64,000 nt of DNA from assembly GCA_022508535.1 (NCBI GenBank), contig JAFLUZ010000009.1:3480-67479 (forward strand), written 5' to 3'. The DNA comes from Erysipelotrichales bacterium (lineage in GTDB: Bacteria > Bacillota_I > Bacilli_A > RFN20 > CAG-826). Shown here one piece after another: positions 57,667 to 64,000 of the stretch (within the stretch, counting starts at the first letter, position 1; every line of letters starts with the position of its first letter). The notes under the pieces were generated by a model. That model had not been told where the DNA came from and did no database searches. It saw only the letters and a program-made list of their open reading frames with translations. The translations under genes and the position numbers were made by a program.

Positions 57667-60303
57667 ATGCAAGAAAAAAAGTATGTTTATCACTTTAAAG
57701 AAGCTCATGGTTTAGGTAAAGAACTTCTTGGTGGTAAGGGTGCTGGCTTAGCAGAAATGACCCACATTGGAGTCCCAATTCCACAAGGTTTTACAATCAC
57801 AACTGAAGCTTGCACACTTTATTATGAAAGCGGAAAAACACTTCCAGAATTTTTAGTAAAACAAGTTCACGAAGCAATTAAAGCCGTTGAAAAAGAAACA
57901 GGAAAATCATTTGGTGGAGACAAGAACCCATTATTAGTTAGTGTTCGTTCTGGTGCTCGTGTCAGTATGCCTGGTATGATGGATACAATCCTTAACTTAG
58001 GTTTAAATGATAAGACTGTTGAAGTTTTAGCAAAAGAAACAAATAACGAAAGATTTGCTTACGATAGTTATCGTCGTTTCATCTTAATGTTTACAAACAT
58101 TGCTAAAGGTCATCCAAGAACAGCAATGGATAAAATGTTAGATGAATTAAAAGAATCAAAAGGTTATAAATTAGATACTGAAGTTACAGCTGATGAATTA
58201 AAAGCTTTAGTAGCAAAATATAAAGCATATTATAAAGAAACATTCGGCGAAGACTTCCCAGCAGATCCATATGTTCAATTAATTGAAGCAGTTACAGCTG
58301 TTTTCCGTTCATGGGATAACCCACGTGCTAACGTTTACCGTATGATGAACTCTATTCCATATTCATGGGGTACTGCAGTTAACGTCCAATCAATGGCATT
58401 CGGTAACAAAGGTGAAACATCTGGTACAGGTGTTGCTTTCTCACGTGACCCAGCTACTGGCGAAAACAAAATTTCAGCTGAATACTTACCAAACGCACAA
58501 GGTGAAGACGTCGTTGCAGGTATTCGTACTCCATTACACATTGATGAACTCAATGCTCGTATGCCAGACGTTTATAGACAATTCGTCGAAACCATTAAGA
58601 AAATGGAACACCACTACAGAGATATGCAAGATATGGAATTCACTGTCGAAGATGGTAAACTCTATTTCTTACAAACACGTAATGGTAAGAGAACTCCTGC
58701 AGCAGCTTTAAAAATCGCTTGTGATTTGGTTGATGAAGGATTAATTACAACAGATGAAGCTATCTTAAGAATTGATCCAGTTTCATTTGATAAATTATTA
58801 TTACCAGCATTTGATAGAGATGATTTAAAGAATGGTGTTGTCATTGCTGAAGGTTTAGCAGCTGGTCCTGGTGCAGGTACTGGTAAAATTGCTTTCACAG
58901 CAGAAGAAGCTGAAGCAAGACACGCAGCTGGTGAAAAAGTTATCTTAGCACGTGCTGAAACATCTCCAGAAGACATCGTCGGTATGGTCGCCGCTGAAGG
59001 TATCTTAACAATGCGCGGTGGTATGACATCTCACGCAGCTGTTGTTGCTCGTGGTATGGGTAAATGCTGTGTCTGTGGTTGTAAAGAAGCTTTAATCGAC
59101 GAAGAAGCAAGAACACTTACAATCGATGGCAAAGTATATACAGATAAAGATACACTTTCATTAGATGGTTCTACAGGTAAAGTCTACCTTGGAGACATTA
59201 AGAAAGTTATGCCAGATTTATCAGCAGGTTACTTCGGACGTTTAATGAAATGGGTCGATGAAGCTCGTACATTAAAAGTTCGTACAAATGCTGATACACC
59301 TCGTGATGCAAAACAAGCAAAAGAATTTGGTGCAGAAGGTATTGGCTTATGCCGTACAGAACACATGTTCTTTGATAAAGATAGAATTTTCTCAATGAGA
59401 AAAATGATCTTAGCAGATACAGTTGAAGAACGTAGAGCTGCATTAGCAGAATTAGAACCAATGCAACAATCTGACTTTGAAGCATTGTATGAAACAATGG
59501 GAGAAATGAACGTTAACGTACGTTTATTAGATCCACCTCTACATGAATTCTTACCAACAGAAGAAGATAAGATCGAAGAATTAGCTAAAGCAACAGGTAG
59601 AACTGTTGAACAAGTTAAAGCTCGTATTGAATACTTACACGAATTCAACCCTATGATGGGTCACCGTGGTTGCCGTTTAGCAGTTTCTTATCCAGAAATG
59701 TGCGAAATGCAAACAACAGCTATTATCAAAGCTGCAATCAACGTTACTAAGAAGACTGGCTTAAAGATTGAACCAGAAATCATGGTACCACTCGTCTTAG
59801 AAGTTAAAGAACTTAAGTTTGTTAAGAAGATCATTACAGATACAGCAGATAGATTAATCGCTGAAGCTGGTGTTAACATGAAATACCATGTTGGTACAAT
59901 GATCGAAATCCCACGTGCTGCATTACTTGCAGATGAAATCGCTGGTGAAGCAGAATTCTTCTCATTTGGTACAAACGACTTAACACAAATGACATTCGGA
60001 TTCTCCCGTGATGATGCTGCTAAGTTCTTACCAGACTATTACGAACACAAGATCTTTGAAGAAGATCCATTCAAGACACTTGATCAACACGGTGTTGGTA
60101 AATTAGTCGATATGGCAGTCAAAGCTGGCCGTTCAACAAGACCTGAATTACACGTCGGTGTCTGTGGTGAAACAGGTGGCGAACCAAACTCAATCGAATT
60201 CTACCACAAGGCTGGATTAGATTACGTTTCATGTTCACCATTCCGTGTACCAGTTGCTCGTTTGGCTGCTGCACAAGCTGCTATTAAAAATCCTAAAAAA
60301 TAA
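57667..60303 (+). CDS. ppdK: Pyruvate, phosphate dikinase
   Basis: 878 aa with the PEP-utilising-enzyme phosphohistidine region GGMTSHAAVVARGMGKCCV and a TIM-barrel C-terminus. The RBS is AGGAGG. Confidence 0.95.
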   Translation: MQEKKYVYHFKEAHGLGKELLGGKGAGLAEMTHIGVPIPQGFTITTEACTLYYESGKTLPEFLVKQVHEAIKAVEKETGKSFGGDKNPLLVSVRSGARVSMPGMMDTILNLGLNDKTVEVLAKETNNERFAYDSYRRFILMFTNIAKGHPRTAMDKMLDELKESKGYKLDTEVTADELKALVAKYKAYYKETFGEDFPADPYVQLIEAVTAVFRSWDNPRANVYRMMNSIPYSWGTAVNVQSMAFGNKGETSGTGVAFSRDPATGENKISAEYLPNAQGEDVVAGIRTPLHIDELNARMPDVYRQFVETIKKMEHHYRDMQDMEFTVEDGKLYFLQTRNGKRTPAAALKIACDLVDEGLITTDEAILRIDPVSFDKLLLPAFDRDDLKNGVVIAEGLAAGPGAGTGKIAFTAEEAEARHAAGEKVILARAETSPEDIVGMVAAEGILTMRGGMTSHAAVVARGMGKCCVCGCKEALIDEEARTLTIDGKVYTDKDTLSLDGSTGKVYLGDIKKVMPDLSAGYFGRLMKWVDEARTLKVRTNADTPRDAKQAKEFGAEGIGLCRTEHMFFDKDRIFSMRKMILADTVEERRAALAELEPMQQSDFEALYETMGEMNVNVRLLDPPLHEFLPTEEDKIEELAKATGRTVEQVKARIEYLHEFNPMMGHRGCRLAVSYPEMCEMQTTAIIKAAINVTKKTGLKIEPEIMVPLVLEVKELKFVKKIITDTADRLIAEAGVNMKYHVGTMIEIPRAALLADEIAGEAEFFSFGTNDLTQMTFGFSRDDAAKFLPDYYEHKIFEEDPFKTLDQHGVGKLVDMAVKAGRSTRPELHVGVCGETGGEPNSIEFYHKAGLDYVSCSPFRVPVARLAAAQAAIKNPKK

Positions 60304-60329
60304 TAGCAAACTCAAAATTTAAGTAAAAA

Positions 60330-60358
60330 AACCATTCCTTTTATAGGATGGTTTTTTA
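60330..60358 (+). terminator. Rho-independent terminator after ppdK
   Basis: AACCATTCC / GGATGGTT stem followed by TTTTTT. Confidence 0.6.
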
Positions 60359-60407
60359 TTTTTATAAGGTAACTATTTTCTCGCAATTCACTTACAAAAT
60401 TGAAATA

Positions 60408-60442
60408 TAAAAAACGCAAGTCAACAAGTCTTGCGATTTTTA
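60408..60442. terminator. Bidirectional intrinsic terminator
   Basis: CGCAAG-tcaacaagt-CTTGCG flanked by an A-run upstream and a T-run downstream. It serves the minus-strand gene 60443-60823. Confidence 0.5.
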
Positions 60443-60823
60443 TTAATCATTAAAGCGGTGTACAGTGGCAATATGTGAAATTCCAACTAGGAAATTTGTA
60501 AATTGCACGAAAGTTTGATTTGATTCGTATTCACCTAATACTCCTTTAAATACACCGCATTCAAATTCTAAATTGAAAAGTCTACATATTTTCTTGATTT
60601 TGTCTGAATATTCTTGCATATCTACACCCATATTCTCAAGATATTTTACTGTATTCCCGTTATCTGTTATTAAAAATAGTCCAGTTTCATCCTCGCTAAT
60701 AAAAAATGAAGAAATATGATCATCGTTATAAAATTTGAACGGTAAAGCAACCTCAAATCCATTGTCACATTTTGCATATTTTATTTCTTCATTATATTTT
60801 TTTAAAAATTCTTCAATATTCAT
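60443..60823 (-). CDS. Hypothetical cytoplasmic protein (126 aa)
   Basis: ORF with a terminator immediately downstream. No recognisable motif. Confidence 0.4.
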   Translation of the reverse strand: MNIEEFLKKYNEEIKYAKCDNGFEVALPFKFYNDDHISSFFISEDETGLFLITDNGNTVKYLENMGVDMQEYSDKIKKICRLFNLEFECGVFKGVLGEYESNQTFVQFTNFLVGISHIATVHRFND

Positions 60824-61047
60824 ATGCCATAACCTCCTATAAATCAGTGTTTTTTCTATAAATCTAAAATCTTTTCAATCTTAATCATACATACATTTTC
60901 TACATCTTTATATTTGCAATTGTACCATAATTCATCCAATCTATGATATAAAGTTGAAAACTTTAAATAAAAAAGCTCATTCAATTTAATTGATTCATAA
61001 TTCATATGTTACTATAATTATAGTGGTTTGAAAGCAAGGTTAAAATC

Positions 61048-61608
61048 ATGGAAGAAAAAAACATAGTAGCCTTCAATGCTTTAGAGCGTTTGAAAGAAGG
61101 AAATAAGATTTACATTAATTCGATGAAAAGTATAGGTGATACTTCGCCAGATAAACGTTTATACACAAGCAAAAACGGACAACATCCTTTTGCAGTAATT
61201 GTGAGTTGTTCTGATTCAAGAGTAATTCCTGAAAGCATCTTTTCAGCAGGAATTGGTGATTTATTCGTAATTCGTGTTGCTGGAAATGTTATTGATGAAG
61301 TTCAATTGGGTAGTATTGAATACGCTATAGAGCATCTCTGTTGTAAGCTTATTGTTGTTCTTGGTCATACTGGTTGTGGTGCGGTTGGTGCGGCTCTTCA
61401 AGAAAATAGTGGTTACGTAAAACATATCACTGACGAAATAAAACACGCTATTGGTGATGAAAAAGATATGGTAGAAGCATCTATTCTAAATGTGAAACAT
61501 AGTGTATCTAAGATTAAAGAGCATCTAAACATAGAAAAAGACTTGCTTGTTACAGGCGCTTTATACCACACTGAAAGTGGTGTTGTTGATTTTGATGATA
61601 AGTTATAA
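61048..61608 (+). CDS. Beta-class carbonic anhydrase
   Basis: The zinc-ligand motifs CSDSR and HTGCG are both present. Confidence 0.8.
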   Translation: MEEKNIVAFNALERLKEGNKIYINSMKSIGDTSPDKRLYTSKNGQHPFAVIVSCSDSRVIPESIFSAGIGDLFVIRVAGNVIDEVQLGSIEYAIEHLCCKLIVVLGHTGCGAVGAALQENSGYVKHITDEIKHAIGDEKDMVEASILNVKHSVSKIKEHLNIEKDLLVTGALYHTESGVVDFDDKL

Positions 61609-61637
61609 ACATATAGCAATTTGAGGTATTAAATATT

Positions 61638-62165
61638 ATGAAAAAGAAAATGATTGTAATTACTTTAATTTCTTTTATTCTCCTATTGGCGTTCGGAATA
61701 TCCTATTATTTCACACATAACGCTGTTCTTTTTTCGTTAGCGATAACTTTTGGAACGTGTTTTTATCATCTTGCTATACGCCTAATTGTTGGACTTGGAA
61801 TGAATTCCATCTTCCATAACAAGATGAATTATAATAAATGGTGGTTCAAAGAAAGAAAATTCGAATCAAAATTATATAGTTTCCTTCAAGTCAAAAAATG
61901 GAAGAAGCATCTTCCAACTTTTGATTCAAAGACATTTGATATAAAAGAACACTCTTTCGAAGAAATTTTGCAAGCAACTTGCCAATCTGAAATAGTGCAC
62001 GAAATTAATATGGTTTTAAGTTTTGTGCCTATAGTATTCACTATTTGGTTTGGATCATTAGCGGCCTTTATTATCACATCAATTCTCGCATTTTGTTTCG
62101 ATTGTTTATTTGTAATAATTCAAAGATATAATCGCCCTAGATTAAGACGTTTACTAAAAAAATAG
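61638..62165 (+). CDS. Membrane protein of unknown function
   Basis: TM helices at the N- and C-termini, 29 bp after the CA gene. Confidence 0.4.
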   Translation: MKKKMIVITLISFILLLAFGISYYFTHNAVLFSLAITFGTCFYHLAIRLIVGLGMNSIFHNKMNYNKWWFKERKFESKLYSFLQVKKWKKHLPTFDSKTFDIKEHSFEEILQATCQSEIVHEINMVLSFVPIVFTIWFGSLAAFIITSILAFCFDCLFVIIQRYNRPRLRRLLKK

Positions 62166-62287
62166 ATAATTGCAATACTTTTTCATTGTAAATAAAGGTG
62201 TTGCCTATAATAAAAGTTTCAAAGTTGAATATATTGACATACTAACTGAAGGTTGTTATATTTCAAATATAAGGAGATAATTTAAAT

Positions 62288-62539
62288 ATGTCATCATTTT
62301 CAAGTCAAGAAGTTGCTTTAATAAAAAAGGTAAGAAATTGGGCTGAATACCAAAGCTATGATTCACGCCGAAATTATTTTTATAGAGTTCTTAACGAAAT
62401 TGGTCGTAACCCTTCCAGTCATAATATAAAACTCGCCTACTCAATTGCTCAAAATCTAGTATTAGATGAGAGTGATTTAGTAGATATGATGTGTGATGTG
62501 TGGGGAATTTCCGAGAGCGAAATTTATAGATGCGTTTAA
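62288..62539 (+). CDS. Small hypothetical protein (83 aa)
   Basis: ORF with an AAGGAGA RBS. Confidence 0.35.
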   Translation: MSSFSSQEVALIKKVRNWAEYQSYDSRRNYFYRVLNEIGRNPSSHNIKLAYSIAQNLVLDESDLVDMMCDVWGISESEIYRCV

Positions 62540-62745
62540 TAAACGCATCTTTTTTAAATTAATTCTTTGTGTTTTATAAATTTATTTGCGAAATAGATAA
62601 ATATAATAACTTGCTAAATTATTGCATGTTTTTTATATTAATTAACATAACACAAAATTAATACATCCATCTAAATTTATGTAAACACTCATGTTGACCT
62701 TATGATATAATACGTTAACAAGTCCATAGCATATGAGGTGAAATA

Positions 62746-63435
62746 ATGAATGCGATAGATACAGAAAAATATAAAAAATGGCGAGCAAAATGTCAAAAAT
62801 TTTTTTCAGACAAATATAGGAATCCAGATCTTGATCACACAAAAAAACTTATAGATGGTTTCTATGTTACATTCCAATCCTTTGAAGGAAAGACTAGAGA
62901 TTGCAACTTATATTTAAGCAAAAATACATTATTTAATAAAAATGGCAAAGAAATATTCGTGTGGTACAACTTAGATAGTAGTGCTGATTTCGCAACTTTA
63001 TTTATGCATTCAAACGGCATGCACTACTTAGTTTTTCGTATTGATCTCTATGGATATGGTGTTTATGAACTAGAAAGTGGCAAGGAATTATACTACATAC
63101 CATCAGAAGCTTATCCTGATAATGGCGAAATTGATGAAACTTTTATTTGGACTGACGCTGATTATGATCCAAATAGTAATTTATTAGCTGTATGCGGATG
63201 TTATTGGGCTTGCCCAACATCTACCATTATTGTGGACTTCTCAAACCCATTAACTATACAACCTCATAACTCTTGGTTTGATGTGCGAAATATCATTAAT
63301 CTTGGAAATGAAAATTACCCGCATATTGACCTGGTTGGTTGGAAAAATGGCATATTGTCCCTACAAATTGAAGATCAATCTAATATTGTGTGCCTAAACG
63401 CAAAAGAATTACAAAATAAAATTCGCAAAAGTTAA
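62746..63435 (+). CDS. Hypothetical protein (229 aa)
   Basis: ORF with a GAGGTGA RBS. No recognisable motif. Confidence 0.4.
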   Translation: MNAIDTEKYKKWRAKCQKFFSDKYRNPDLDHTKKLIDGFYVTFQSFEGKTRDCNLYLSKNTLFNKNGKEIFVWYNLDSSADFATLFMHSNGMHYLVFRIDLYGYGVYELESGKELYYIPSEAYPDNGEIDETFIWTDADYDPNSNLLAVCGCYWACPTSTIIVDFSNPLTIQPHNSWFDVRNIINLGNENYPHIDLVGWKNGILSLQIEDQSNIVCLNAKELQNKIRKS

Positions 63436-63561
63436 TTTTAAACCACCCATTTTTAAAATGTTCTTGTGTATAATTTTAATTAAAAGATAATACATCCATT
63501 TGTGGTGATTCATATTCAAAAACAAAACTACAAATTTCATTATACTATCCAATTTGCATTT

Positions 63562-63590
63562 TTACTAAAAAAGGCTACTTATGTAGCCTT
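63562..63590 (-). terminator. Intrinsic terminator after the MazG-like gene (bidirectional hairpin)
   Basis: AAGGCTAC-ttat-GTAGCCTT with T-runs on both sides. Confidence 0.5.
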
Positions 63591-63591
63591 T

Positions 63592-63924
63592 TTATTCTTC
63601 TGTATTTCTATTGATTGAATCATTTGTAGTAAATCCATTCGGATATCGCTTTTTTAATTTATCAATATTCATTTGGAAAATATCTTCTAAATCATATCCT
63701 ATAGCAGTAGCGGTTTCTGCCAAATACCAAGCAATATCGCCTAATTCATTAGCCAAGTGTTCTTTATCTAATTCGTGCCCTTGCGCTAAATGTTTTTTTA
63801 CTATATCGATAGCTTCACCAGACTCACCACATAATCCCATTACACCATTTATAAGAATTTCTTTATCGTCTAACTTAGGATTTAAAGTAGTCATTGCTAG
63901 TTTTTGATATTCATTAATTTTCAT
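63592..63924 (-). CDS. MazG-like nucleotide pyrophosphohydrolase (YpjD-type)
   Basis: The EExxE-type motif ELGDIAWYLAE is in an all-alpha fold. Confidence 0.7.
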   Translation of the reverse strand: MKINEYQKLAMTTLNPKLDDKEILINGVMGLCGESGEAIDIVKKHLAQGHELDKEHLANELGDIAWYLAETATAIGYDLEDIFQMNIDKLKKRYPNGFTTNDSINRNTEE

Positions 63925-64000
63925 ATATTAATATCCCTTTATATCACTTTTGTCAAATAGACATTTAAGCCCATTTTTTCTAATTTTCTATATTCTTTTT

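Noticed and set aside
58335-59648. Minus-strand ORFs (72-139 aa) inside ppdK
   Set aside because: They are antisense to ppdK, whose coding assignment is unambiguous.
1-64000. CRISPR arrays, IS elements or transposons, prophage, tRNA and rRNA genes
   Set aside because: There are no spaced direct-repeat arrays, no transposase, integrase or recombinase-like ORFs, no terminal inverted repeats flanking gene blocks, and no tRNA-like GTTCGAATC T-loops in GC-rich patches. The only notably GC-rich non-coding patch is the candidate sRNA.

Overview
This window is a low-GC (about 28-30%) Firmicutes chromosomal segment, and the gene order indicates a spore-forming lineage. The Bacillus-type block pth-mfd-spoVT-yabO-yabP-yabQ-divIC-spoIIE-tilS-ftsH-dusB-lysS is intact on the minus strand, although hprT is missing between tilS and ftsH. 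A second conserved block follows: rpsF-ssb-rpsR-yybS-gdpP-rplI-dnaB-walJ(MBL)-rlmH. Other recognisable genes are ppdK, murA, a beta-carbonic anhydrase, a MazG-like pyrophosphohydrolase, two YfhO-family membrane proteins and a partial nrdD at the left edge. I found no transposase, integrase, CRISPR array, tRNA or rRNA.

The observations most worth following up are:
- A stand-alone gene (38043-39479) encoding a TIR-like (PF10137/CAP12-type) N-terminal domain fused to TPR repeats sits between lysS and a Clp ATPase gene, in the slot occupied by rrn and ctsR-mcsAB in Bacillus. It is a candidate single-gene NAD-targeting defence or signalling protein.
- A roughly 280-nt GC-rich (about 45%) transcription unit lies at 55736-56015. 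It has a near-consensus promoter, nested stem-loops and its own terminator, contains no ORF, and matches no ncRNA family I can recall.
- A serine-palmitoyltransferase-like alpha-oxoamine synthase is translationally coupled to an SDR with a hydrophobic C-terminal tail, making a candidate sphingoid-base pathway. A GntR/TrkA_C regulator lies upstream.
- Immediately downstream of that pair is an unusual operon: a roughly 480-aa polytopic domain fused N-terminal to an ABC ATPase, a 730-aa polytopic membrane protein, a small anchored protein and a 651-aa lipoprotein.

Smaller observations include triple TTGACAA direct repeats upstream of an XRE membrane regulator, nested palindromes on an internal promoter, a UDP-glucose dehydrogenase homologue that appears to lack the catalytic Cys motif, a tandem DUF1540 Cys/His-rich protein, and a DUF368 candidate undecaprenyl-phosphate flippase.
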